DNA of 35,343 nucleotides from Methylibium sp. (GTDB taxonomy: Bacteria > Pseudomonadota > Gammaproteobacteria > Burkholderiales > Burkholderiaceae_C), in NCBI GenBank assembly GCA_031420735.1, contig JANONH010000279.1, positions 1 through 35,343 on the forward strand, written 5' to 3'. The notes under the pieces are model-generated. The model did not search any database. It was not told the origin of the DNA and was given only the letters and a program-made list of their open reading frames with translations. Each line of letters opens with the position of its first letter. Position 1 is the stretch's first letter. A program made the position numbers and the translations under genes. Below are positions 7,845-16,282 of this stretch, piece after piece.

Positions 7845-9917
7845 TCAAGCCAGCGACTCGGCGGGCGCCGGCGGGTCCGACGCGCCTTCGTCGGGCACGT
7901 CGATGGCCAGCGTCAGCGCAGCGCCTTCCTGGGCGCCATCGTCCGCCTCCTCCGTGTCGACGGCGGCGTCGTCGCTGGTGGTGGTGGGGTCGTCCAGGCG
8001 CGCAAGCAGCTTGGCGTGCAACTCCAGCGTGAGCAGGTCCATGCCGGCGATGCGCACGCGAACCCGCGCGCCGCGCGGCAGCGCTTCGCAGCCGAGGGCG
8101 CGAAACACCAGCGGCAAGGTGTCGGCGCGCACCAGGCCGTCTTTCAAGACGGCGGCGGCCAGCTCGGTCTGGCCGGCTTGCTGCAGATGGCGCATCGCCC
8201 AATAACGTTCGATGCCGTTCTGAAACTCGTTGTAGGCCGCATAGGCGGTGTCGAAACCGGAGATCACCGAGAACAGCTCGGCGTCCTTGGGCTTGAACGG
8301 CGCAGCCAGGGCGGCGGTACGCCCGTGGCGCGCGCAGGCGACGATCTGCCACTGGTTGACCAGGTCGACGTAGCGACGCAGCGGCGAAGTGGCCCAGGCG
8401 TACTGCGCCACGCCCATGCCGGCATGCGGCGCGGGGCGCACGCCCATGCGCACCTTGATGCCCGGGCTGAGGCTGGCCTGGCTGCGGTAAATACCGGGCA
8501 CGCCGCACTCGGCCAGCCAGCCGCCCCAGTGGCTGTTGGCCAGGATCATTGCCTCGGCCACGATCAAGTCCAGCGGCGAGCCGCGTTTGCGCTCGCCAAT
8601 GACGACGCTTTCGCTGCCATCGGGCTCGCCGCGCACGGTCTCGCCGTCCTTGCCGAGCAGCTTGAAGCTGTAGTCGGGGCGGTTGAAGTTTTCCGGCTTG
8701 CCGCGCACCACTTCGCGGGCTGCCTTGAGGTGCCGAGCGAGCCGAAAGGCGAACGCCAGCTCGGGCGCGAACGTGTAGGCTGCATCGGCCTCGCCGGTGA
8801 GCGAGGCTTGCGTCACCACCGCGTCGAGCTGGTCGTGGCGCAGGTTCGCCGCGATCGGCACGCGCTCGAGGCGGGTCTCGAAAGCCTTCACTTGCAGGGA
8901 TGCCGCGTCCAGGCTCACGTAGAGCGACACCGCCGGGCAGTCGCGCCCGGCCGCGAGCGTGTAGGCCTGCACCACCTCGTCGGGCAGCATGGTGAGCTTG
9001 TGGCCCGGCATGTAAACCGTCGACCAGCGCGAACGCGCGAGCTGGTCGGGCAGCGAGCCCGGCGCAAAGGCCAGGGCGGGGGCTGCGATGTGCACGCCGA
9101 ACACGACCGTGTCGCTGCCCAGGCCCTGCACCGAGAGCGCATCGTCGATCTCGGTGGTGCTGGAGTCGTCGATCGAAAACGCCTGGCAGGCCGCCAGCGG
9201 CAGCTCCTCGCCGACCGGCGCAGCAGCGACGGTGGGAAATGCGCAACCCTTGGGGAAAAATTCGAACAGGAAGCGTCGCCAGTGGAACTGGTAGGGGCTG
9301 GCGATCGCGCCGGCGGCCTGCAACAGCGCGAGCGGCGCCTTGTGCGCGCGCTTCGTGGCTTCGACGACCGCCTTGTATTCGGCGCTGTTTTTATCGGGTT
9401 TGAACAAGATCTTGTAGAGCTGTTCGAGCACCGGCTCCGGGCAGCGGCCAGCCGCCAGCTCCTGGGCCCACTGTTCGATCTGCGCGGCCTGCTGCGCCTT
9501 GCGCTCGATGGCCACCAGCGCCTGCTGCAACACCTCTCGAGGCGCCTTGCGAAAGCGGCCCTTGCCGCGGCGGTGGAAGTAGTGCGGCGCGTCGAATAGG
9601 CCAAGCAAGGTGGCCGCCTGCTGCGTCGCATCGGCGCTGGCGCCGAAGTACTCGCTTGCGATCGTCTCGAAGCCAAAGTCGTCTTCGGGCGCCACTTCCC
9701 AAACGAGGTCGCGGTCGATTTCGGCGGCCAGCGCATGCGCTTGCGCGAGCAGTTCGGCCGGCGCCGGCCGCGCGAAGCGCAGCAAGGCATTGGCGGCCTT
9801 GATCTTCACGCGCCGGCCGGAATCGAGCTCGACCTGCAAGGAGCTTTCGGCTTCGGACATCACGCGCCCGGCGTAAAACTTGCCAGCGTCTTCAAACAGG
9901 GTGTAGGTGTCGGCCAT
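7845..9917 (-). CDS. Ribonuclease II/R (RNB-domain) family exoribonuclease
   Basis: Catalytic motif SIDDSSTTEIDDALS; GVHIA, TVYMPG, EAMILAN, TSPLRRYVDLVNQ. Confidence 0.92.
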   Translation of the reverse strand: MADTYTLFEDAGKFYAGRVMSEAESSLQVELDSGRRVKIKAANALLRFARPAPAELLAQAHALAAEIDRDLVWEVAPEDDFGFETIASEYFGASADATQQAATLLGLFDAPHYFHRRGKGRFRKAPREVLQQALVAIERKAQQAAQIEQWAQELAAGRCPEPVLEQLYKILFKPDKNSAEYKAVVEATKRAHKAPLALLQAAGAIASPYQFHWRRFLFEFFPKGCAFPTVAAAPVGEELPLAACQAFSIDDSSTTEIDDALSVQGLGSDTVVFGVHIAAPALAFAPGSLPDQLARSRWSTVYMPGHKLTMLPDEVVQAYTLAAGRDCPAVSLYVSLDAASLQVKAFETRLERVPIAANLRHDQLDAVVTQASLTGEADAAYTFAPELAFAFRLARHLKAAREVVRGKPENFNRPDYSFKLLGKDGETVRGEPDGSESVVIGERKRGSPLDLIVAEAMILANSHWGGWLAECGVPGIYRSQASLSPGIKVRMGVRPAPHAGMGVAQYAWATSPLRRYVDLVNQWQIVACARHGRTAALAAPFKPKDAELFSVISGFDTAYAAYNEFQNGIERYWAMRHLQQAGQTELAAAVLKDGLVRADTLPLVFRALGCEALPRGARVRVRIAGMDLLTLELHAKLLARLDDPTTTSDDAAVDTEEADDGAQEGAALTLAIDVPDEGASDPPAPAESLA

Positions 9918-9951
9918 CGTGCGCCGATTCTCCCATTGGCTGCGCCCGCCC

Positions 9952-10569
9952 TCAGCGAAAACCGAGGAAGTCGAGGATGCTGGGCAATTGCCGCTCGAAG
10001 CCGCTCAGTGCGTGATCGCCGCCCTCGAGCAACAGGCCGGGCGCGCCGGCGTAGCGCGAGCGCATTTCGCGCCAGTCGAGCACTTCATCGCCCTTGGCCA
10101 CGACCGTAAAGTAGCGCTGCAGCCCGGTGATGGCGGGCGGGCGCATGGCGAGCAACTCGCCCACATGGGCGAGCGTGAACTCGAAACGCGCCTCGGGTTC
10201 GTGCCACGCGCTTTGTTCGCCGAGCCGTAGCGCCAGGTCGCGCGCCGGCTCGACGGCCGGGTTGAGCAGCACGGCACGGCAGCCGCGGCGCTCGGCCAGC
10301 ACGGTGGCGTAATAGCCGCCCAGCGAGCTGCCGATGACGGCCATGTCGCAGCCCGCCCACGGCGCTGCCAGCGCATCGATCAGTTCGCGCGCCTCGGCTG
10401 GCGAGGGCGGCAGTTGCGGGCAGCACCACTCGATCGCCTGCCCGCGCTCGCGCAGGCCGGCCACCGCCGAGGCCGTCAGCCGCGCCTTGGTCGACGCCGG
10501 CGACGAGCGAAAGCCGTGCAGGTAGAGCAGATGCCGCGGCGGGGCCGGGCGCCGGTGCAGGCTGCCCAC
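9952..10569 (-). CDS. YqiA/YcfP-family alpha/beta hydrolase (esterase)
   Basis: LLYLHGFRSSP, nucleophile elbow GSSLGG, LLNPAV, GDEVLD, GGDH. Start uncertain. Confidence 0.9.
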   Translation of the reverse strand: MGSLHRRPAPPRHLLYLHGFRSSPASTKARLTASAVAGLRERGQAIEWCCPQLPPSPAEARELIDALAAPWAGCDMAVIGSSLGGYYATVLAERRGCRAVLLNPAVEPARDLALRLGEQSAWHEPEARFEFTLAHVGELLAMRPPAITGLQRYFTVVAKGDEVLDWREMRSRYAGAPGLLLEGGDHALSGFERQLPSILDFLGFR

Positions 10570-10573
10570 GCGC

Positions 10574-11959
10574 TCAATCGGCCAGCGCCGTCAGCAGCTT
10601 GCCGTGGATGCCGCCGAAGCCGCCGTTGCTCATGCAGAGCACGTGATCGCCCGGCCGCGCGGCCTGTGCGACCCGGCGCACGAGGGCGTCGATCGAGTCG
10701 CAGACGACGGCGCGCTCGCCGAGCGGCGCGAGCGCTTCGCGCGCGTTCCAATCGAGGCCCCCGCTGTGGCAAAAGGCCAGGTCGGCTTCTTCGAGCGCCC
10801 ACGGCAGTTGCGCCTTCATGGCGCCGAGCTTCATGGTGTTGGAGCGCGGCTCGAACACCGCCAGGATGCGCGGCCCGAGACCCTGCTCGCCGATGCGCCG
10901 GCGCAGACCGTCCAGGGTGGTGCGCATGGCGCTCGGATGATGGGCGAAGTCGTCGTAGACCCGCACGCCGCGGGCCTCGCCGCTCAGCTCCATGCGGCGC
11001 CGAACGTTGGCGAAAGTGGCCAGCGCCCGGGTGGCGTCGGCTGCAGTCACGCCGGCATGTTCGGCCGCGGCGATGGCGGCGAGCGCGTTGAGCTGGTTGT
11101 GCTCGCCGAGCAAGGACCATTCGACCCGCCCGACGTGCAGCCCCGACTTGAGCACGTCGAAGGCATGCGGCTCGCCCCGCGCGCGGTAGCCAGGCGTGTC
11201 GCCGCGCACGCCGAAGTGCGCCACGTCGCTCCAGCAGCCGCGCTCGAGCACGCGCGCCAGGCTCGTCTCGCGCGCATTGACGACCAGACGGCCGCTGGCG
11301 GGCACGGTGCGCACGAGGTGGTGGAACTGGGTCTCGATGGCGGCCAGGTCGGCAAAGATGTCGGCATGGTCGAACTCGAGGTTGTTGAGCACCACGGTGC
11401 GCGCCCGGTAGTGCACGAACTTGCTGCGCTTGTCGAAGAAAGCGGTGTCGTATTCGTCGGCCTCGATGACGAAGGGCGCGCCGAGCGCGCTGGCCGTAGT
11501 GCCCTGCGCGCCAAGCCGGGCGCTCACCGCGAAGTTGCACGGCACGCCGCCCACCAGGAAGCCCGGTTGGCGCCCCGCGGCCTCGAGGATCCAGGCCAGC
11601 ATGGCGGTGGTCGTGGTCTTGCCGTGCGTGCCTGCCACGGCCAGGACATGGCGACCGTGCAGCACGTGCTCGGCGAGCCACTGGGGGCCGCTGGTGAAGC
11701 GCGCGCCGGCATCGAGAATCGCTTCCATGAGCGCATTGCCGCGCGACACCACGTTGCCCACCACGAACAGATCGGGCGCAAGCGCCATCTGCTGGGCGTC
11801 GTAGCCCTCGACCAGGTCGATGCCCAAGGAGCGCAACTGCTCGCTCATCGGCGGGTAGACGTTGGCATCGCAGCCGGTCACGCGGTGTCCGGCCTCGCGG
11901 GCGAGCGCGGCCAGGCCGCCCATGAAGGTGCCGCAAATGCCCAGTACGTGCAGGTGCAT
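10574..11959 (-). CDS. mpl: Murein peptide ligase (peptidoglycan recycling)
   Basis: MHLHVLGICGTFMGG, AGTHGKTTT, EADEYDTAFFDKRSKF, DDFAHHP, EPRSNTMK, MSNGGFGG. Confidence 0.97.
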   Translation of the reverse strand: MHLHVLGICGTFMGGLAALAREAGHRVTGCDANVYPPMSEQLRSLGIDLVEGYDAQQMALAPDLFVVGNVVSRGNALMEAILDAGARFTSGPQWLAEHVLHGRHVLAVAGTHGKTTTTAMLAWILEAAGRQPGFLVGGVPCNFAVSARLGAQGTTASALGAPFVIEADEYDTAFFDKRSKFVHYRARTVVLNNLEFDHADIFADLAAIETQFHHLVRTVPASGRLVVNARETSLARVLERGCWSDVAHFGVRGDTPGYRARGEPHAFDVLKSGLHVGRVEWSLLGEHNQLNALAAIAAAEHAGVTAADATRALATFANVRRRMELSGEARGVRVYDDFAHHPSAMRTTLDGLRRRIGEQGLGPRILAVFEPRSNTMKLGAMKAQLPWALEEADLAFCHSGGLDWNAREALAPLGERAVVCDSIDALVRRVAQAARPGDHVLCMSNGGFGGIHGKLLTALAD

Positions 11960-12016
11960 GAAAGCTTTCGAGGGGGCGCCGCGTGAGGACCTGCGCGCAC
12001 GCAGCGAGGCGAAGCC

Positions 12017-13312
12017 TTAAGGGCGAAGCGCGTCGCGCGCGGCGGCGAGCGTGGCGGCGATGTCGGCGGGCGAGTGGGCCGCGCTCACGAAGCCGGCCTC
12101 GTAGAGCGCCGGGGCCAGGTAGACGCCACGCTCGAGCATGGCGTGGAAAAAGCGGTCGAAGGCGGCCTTGTCGGTGGCCATGACGCCGCCATAGTCTTGC
12201 GGCAAGGCGTGCGAGAAGAAGAAGCCGAACATGCCGCCTTCGCAGTCGCCCGCCCACGGCACGCCGGCCTCGCGCGCGACTTGCCAAAGGCCTTCGGTGA
12301 GCTCGCGCGTGCGGCGCGAGAGGGCCTCGAAGAAACCGGGTTTGCGAATCTCGCGCAGTGTGGCCAGGCCGCAGGCGGTGGCCACCGGGTTGCCGCTCAG
12401 GGTGCCGGCCTGGTAGACCGCTCCCAGCGGGGCAAGCTGTTCCATGATGGCGCGCGGGCCAGCGAATGCGGCCAGCGGCATGCCCCCGCCGATGACTTTG
12501 CCGAACACGCTGAGGTCGGGCTTGAAGCCGGGGATCGCCTGGGCGTACAGGCTTTGCGCTCCACCGAGCGCGACCCGAAAGCCGCTCATGACCTCATCGA
12601 ACACGAGCAAGGTGCCGTCGCGCGTGCAGAGCTCGCGCAGGCGGCGCATGAAGGGAAGGCTCGCGCGCACGAAATTCATGTTGCCCGCGATCGGCTCGAT
12701 CATCACGCAGGCGATGCCGCGGCCGTGCAGGTCGAAGGCCGCTTCGAGGGCGGCCACGTCGTTGTAGGGCAGCACGAGGGTGTGCTGCACCACCTCGGGC
12801 GGCACGCCGGCGGAGGTGGGGTGGCCAAAGGTCGCCAGCCCCGAGCCGGCCTTGACCAGCAGCGCGTCGGCGTGGCCGTGGTAGCAGCCTTCGAACTTGA
12901 CGATCTTGCTGCGCCCGGTGGCGCCACGCGCCAGTCGCAGGGCGCTCATCGCGGCTTCGGTGCCCGAGCTGACCAGGCGCACCTGCTCGGCGCTCGGCAC
13001 CAGTTCGAGGATGGTTTCGGCCAGTTCAATCTCGCGCTCGGTCGGGGCGCCGAAACTCAAGCCGTCGGCGGCGGCTTTGCTCACGGCTTCGAGCACCGAA
13101 GGGTGACCATGACCGAGGATCATCGGCCCCCAGGAGCCGATGTAATCGATGTAGCGCTTGCCGTCGGCGTCCCACATGTAGGCGCCGGCAGCCCGCGCAA
13201 TGAAACGCGGCGTGCCACCCACCGCGCGAAAGGCACGCACGGGCGAGTTGACGCCGCCGGGGATGCTGCGCTGCGCGCGCGCGAACAGCGCCGCGTTACG
13301 CGATTCGGTCAT
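12017..13312 (-). CDS. hemL: Glutamate-1-semialdehyde 2,1-aminomutase
   Basis: Start trimmed to [10 protein letters not shown] (ATG 13312). [46 protein letters not shown]. Confidence 0.97.
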   Translation of the reverse strand: MTESRNAALFARAQRSIPGGVNSPVRAFRAVGGTPRFIARAAGAYMWDADGKRYIDYIGSWGPMILGHGHPSVLEAVSKAAADGLSFGAPTEREIELAETILELVPSAEQVRLVSSGTEAAMSALRLARGATGRSKIVKFEGCYHGHADALLVKAGSGLATFGHPTSAGVPPEVVQHTLVLPYNDVAALEAAFDLHGRGIACVMIEPIAGNMNFVRASLPFMRRLRELCTRDGTLLVFDEVMSGFRVALGGAQSLYAQAIPGFKPDLSVFGKVIGGGMPLAAFAGPRAIMEQLAPLGAVYQAGTLSGNPVATACGLATLREIRKPGFFEALSRRTRELTEGLWQVAREAGVPWAGDCEGGMFGFFFSHALPQDYGGVMATDKAAFDRFFHAMLERGVYLAPALYEAGFVSAAHSPADIAATLAAARDALRP

Positions 13313-13414
13313 GACCACGCCTTCGCTTTTGCCGGGCAGCACCGGCGCTGGACGGGGCTGCCATTTCAGTGGCGCCACCGCGCCGCGCGCGACCCCAGGC
13401 GCACGCAGCGGCCG

Positions 13415-13500
13415 ATCAAGCAGCCGCCGCGGACCGGCTTTGCCGGGCCGCCAGCGGCGCCCCCTTGAGGGGGCGCGGCGAAGCCGCAACGGGGGCGGTT
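13415..13500. repeat. Structured intergenic repeat, copy 1 (REP/MITE-like)
   Basis: About 90% identical to 26036-26121 by manual alignment; hairpins CCGGC-TTT-GCCGG, GCGCCCCC-TTGA-GGGGGCGC and GCGGC-GAA-GCCGC. Confidence 0.9.
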
Positions 13501-13504
13501 CACT

Positions 13505-14467
13505 TCAGTGGATGCGGCGGGTACCGCGATCGGTGGACGGCGCTTCTTCGGAGCCGGCCTCGCCGAGCGCGCCTTCTTCGCCTTCGCCCGGCTCGGCTTC
13601 GGGCAGGGCCCAGAAGAAACGGTCCGGCACCACATTGCCCATGCCGGGTCGAAAGCCCGAGTCGAGCGCCTGGTCCAGAAAGCTGAGCGCTTCGGAGACC
13701 GCCAGGTGCAGGTCCTGGCCACTGGCGAGCAGCGACGCCAGTGCAGCGGCGAGGGTCTCGCCCGCACCGACGAAGCTGGCGTCGAAACGCTCGAACTTCT
13801 CACCCGTAATCGCCCCCTGAGGGGAGGCGAGCACATTGTCGACCTGGGCCTCGGAGCCTTTGCTCGGCGCCAGCGCGATGCCCGTCACGAGCACATGGCG
13901 CGTGCCGCGCTCGCCCGCGGCGACCGCGAGCTCGCGCGCCGAGGGCGGCCGCTCGCCGTCCCAATCGGGCAGCAAGAAGTCGATGAGCGTCTGCTGGTTG
14001 CCCACCAGCACTTCGGTGGCTGGAAGGATCAGTTCACGAAACGCGTCGAGGTAGGCCTGTTGGTCTTCTTCCGGCAGCCAGGACACGCTCGAGAGGTAGG
14101 CGACCAGCGGCACGTCGGGGTAGTCGCTCAGGACCTCGGCCACGCCCGCCACGCCTTCGGCACTGCCGAGAAAGCCGACCTTCCAGGCGGCGATGCTCAC
14201 GTCTTCGAGGATGCTGCGCGCCTGCTCGACGATGGTTTCGGCCTCGATCTCGTGCGAGTCGAAGATCTCGGCCGTGTCGCGCATCATGATGGAGGTGACG
14301 ATCGGCAGCGCGTGTGCGCCCATAGCCGCGATGGTCGAGATGTCGCCGGCCAAGCCGGCCGCGCCGCTCGGGTCGCTGGCGTTGAAGCTCATCACGCACG
14401 CGGGCGCTACATCAGCTTCGGCGTTTTCTTCTGCGGGCGGGGTGGCGCTCTGCGCGGGGGTCTTCAT
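13505..14467 (-). CDS. ThiD/HMP-P kinase-like protein (ribokinase fold), divergent
   Basis: SDPSGAAGLAGDI, WKVGFLG and VGAGETLAAALA correspond to ThiD motifs but carry several substitutions; adjacent to hemL as thiD often is. Confidence 0.8.
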   Translation of the reverse strand: MKTPAQSATPPAEENAEADVAPACVMSFNASDPSGAAGLAGDISTIAAMGAHALPIVTSIMMRDTAEIFDSHEIEAETIVEQARSILEDVSIAAWKVGFLGSAEGVAGVAEVLSDYPDVPLVAYLSSVSWLPEEDQQAYLDAFRELILPATEVLVGNQQTLIDFLLPDWDGERPPSARELAVAAGERGTRHVLVTGIALAPSKGSEAQVDNVLASPQGAITGEKFERFDASFVGAGETLAAALASLLASGQDLHLAVSEALSFLDQALDSGFRPGMGNVVPDRFFWALPEAEPGEGEEGALGEAGSEEAPSTDRGTRRIH

Positions 14468-14580
14468 GTTTGTGGAGGCCAGGGTTCCGGCCGCGGTGCG
14501 CAGGCAGTCACGGAGTTCCAGGAAATAGTGAGGAATGTTGCGTATGTGGCCTTGCCGGCTTGGCTTTGCGCCAAGGCCGC

Positions 14581-14608
14581 TCGCTACAATCTTTCTTCAT
14601 TGTAGTGA
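14581..14608. promoter_or_regulatory. Inverted repeat carrying a TACAAT (-10-like) hexamer on each strand, between the divergent ThiD-like gene and rubredoxin-pilG
   Basis: TCGCTACAAT-N8-ATTGTAGTGA, 9/10 arms match. No well-spaced -35 element found. Confidence 0.55.
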
Positions 14609-14625
14609 CGAGTGGCCGCAATATC

Positions 14626-14799
14626 GTGAGCGAAGCTAAAACCTGGATGTGCCTCATATGCGGCTGGATTTACGACGAAGCTTCGGGCGACGCGGAACAC
14701 GCGATCGCGCCGGGTACGGCGTGGAGCGACATCCCCATGAACTGGACTTGTCCCGAGTGCGGCGCGCGCAAAGAAGACTTCGAAATGGTCCAGATCTAG
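14626..14799 (+). CDS. Rubredoxin
   Basis: GTG start at 14626: (M)SEAKTWMCLICGWIYDEASGD...PGTAWSDIPMNWTCPECGARKEDF, two CxxCG motifs, 57 aa. Confidence 0.95.
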   Translation: MSEAKTWMCLICGWIYDEASGDAEHAIAPGTAWSDIPMNWTCPECGARKEDFEMVQI

Positions 14800-14830
14800 T
14801 TAGTCAACCCGTCGTTGAGGAGCACCGCCG

Positions 14831-15250
14831 GTGAACCAGGCGCTGATGCAAAAGTGTAGCGAGGGGGCGGTTGCGGCGGACACGACTCGGGTGCTGGTCA
14901 TCGACGACAGCAACACGATTCGCCGCAGCGCGGAAATCTTCCTTAAGCAAGGCGGCTACACCGTCGTCTTGGCCGAGGACGGCTTCGATGCGCTCGCCAA
15001 GGTCAACGATCACCAACCGCACGTGATCTTTTGCGACATCCTCATGCCGCGCCTGGACGGCTACCAAACCTGCGCCATCATCAAGCGCAACCCCAAGTTT
15101 TCGGGTGTTCCGGTGATCATGTTGTCGTCCAAGGACGGCCTGTTCGACAAGGCCCGCGGGCGCATGGTCGGCTCCGAGGACTACCTCACCAAACCCTTCA
15201 CCAAAGATCAGTTGCTCGCCGCGGTCCAGCAACATCGGCGTGCGCCTTGA
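14831..15250 (+). CDS. pilG: Twitching motility response regulator PilG
   Basis: Single REC domain VIDDSNTIRRSAE...DILMPRLDGYQTCAIIK...LSSKDGLFDKARGR; GAGGAG upstream of GTG. Confidence 0.92.
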   Translation: MNQALMQKCSEGAVAADTTRVLVIDDSNTIRRSAEIFLKQGGYTVVLAEDGFDALAKVNDHQPHVIFCDILMPRLDGYQTCAIIKRNPKFSGVPVIMLSSKDGLFDKARGRMVGSEDYLTKPFTKDQLLAAVQQHRRAP

Positions 15251-15302
15251 TGCGACGAGCCAACCACCGCGCCGCGGCTCGAGCCACCTAGAGGAGCCGT
15301 CC

Positions 15303-15668
15303 ATGGCCATCGAAAAAATCCTGCTCGTCGACGATTCCAAGACCGAGCTGCACTTCCTCTCGGAGTTGCTCACCAAGCGCGGCTACAAGGTGCGTACCGC
15401 CGAGAACGGCGAAGAAGCCATGAAGCGGCTCGGCGAAGACCGCCCCGATCTCATTCTCATGGACGTCGTGATGCCCGGCCAGAACGGCTTTCAGCTCACG
15501 CGGGCCATCACCCGCGACCCCCGCTTCGACGGCGTGCCCGTGATCATGTGCACCAGCAAGAATCAGGAAACCGACAAGGTCTGGGGCATGCGTCAGGGTG
15601 CACGCGACTATGTTGTCAAGCCGGTCGACGCCGACGAGCTGATCGCCAAGATCCGCGCCTTCGACTGA
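15303..15668 (+). CDS. pilH: Twitching motility response regulator PilH
   Basis: MAIEKILLVDDSKTE...LMDVVMPGQNGFQLTR...TSKNQETDKVWGMRQGA; GAGGAG RBS. Confidence 0.92.
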   Translation: MAIEKILLVDDSKTELHFLSELLTKRGYKVRTAENGEEAMKRLGEDRPDLILMDVVMPGQNGFQLTRAITRDPRFDGVPVIMCTSKNQETDKVWGMRQGARDYVVKPVDADELIAKIRAFD

Positions 15669-15702
15669 CCCGCGATCCTCGCTTTACAGAAACACAGAAG
15701 GC

Positions 15703-16230
15703 ATGGCGAAGAAGGAAGCGTTGCGCGCGTTGCAGACCCGGCTGGCCGAGCGCCTGCAGGCGGCGCGCACCGAAACCGGCACCGCGGTGTCCTGGCTTGC
15801 CGTCGAATGCGGCGGGCAGGGCGTCTTGTTGCCGCTGGCGCAGGCCGGTGAGATCTTTAGCCTCTCCACGCTGCTGCCGGTGCCGCACACCAGCGACTGG
15901 TTCGTCGGGGTGGCCAACCTGCGCGGGCGGCTTCACGGCGTGGTCGACCTCGCCGCGTTCCTGGGCGTGCGGCTTGACGCGGCTGTCGAGATCGGCCGCG
16001 AGCAGTCGCGCCTGGTCGCGTTCAACCCGTCTCTGGACCTCAATTGCGCGCTACTGGTCGATCGGCTGGCCGGCCTGCGCAGCGCCGAGCAATTGCAGTG
16101 CGATCCACAGTCCGCGCAGCGCCCGACGTTTGCCGGCGAGCGTTATGTCGACGCCCAGGGCCGGCGCTGGCAAGAGCTGCAATTGGCGGCGCTGGCCGTC
16201 GATGACGAATTCCTGAGGATCGCCCGGTAA
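15703..16230 (+). CDS. pilI: CheW-like adaptor PilI
   Basis: [25 protein letters not shown] (CheW signature); lies between pilH and pilJ. Confidence 0.88.
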   Translation: MAKKEALRALQTRLAERLQAARTETGTAVSWLAVECGGQGVLLPLAQAGEIFSLSTLLPVPHTSDWFVGVANLRGRLHGVVDLAAFLGVRLDAAVEIGREQSRLVAFNPSLDLNCALLVDRLAGLRSAEQLQCDPQSAQRPTFAGERYVDAQGRRWQELQLAALAVDDEFLRIAR

Positions 16231-16282
16231 ACGCGCTGCGGCGCGACGGGCCTTGCTTCCACCGAACCGAGCGAGGGCTTCC

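Noticed and set aside
13313-13489. N-terminal extension of hemL reading through the repeat
   Set aside because: Arg/Pro-rich translation of the non-coding repeat; homology begins at MTESRN.
14468-14625. TPP riboswitch upstream of the ThiD-like gene
   Set aside because: No CTGAGA / ACCTGA core motifs on the appropriate strand.
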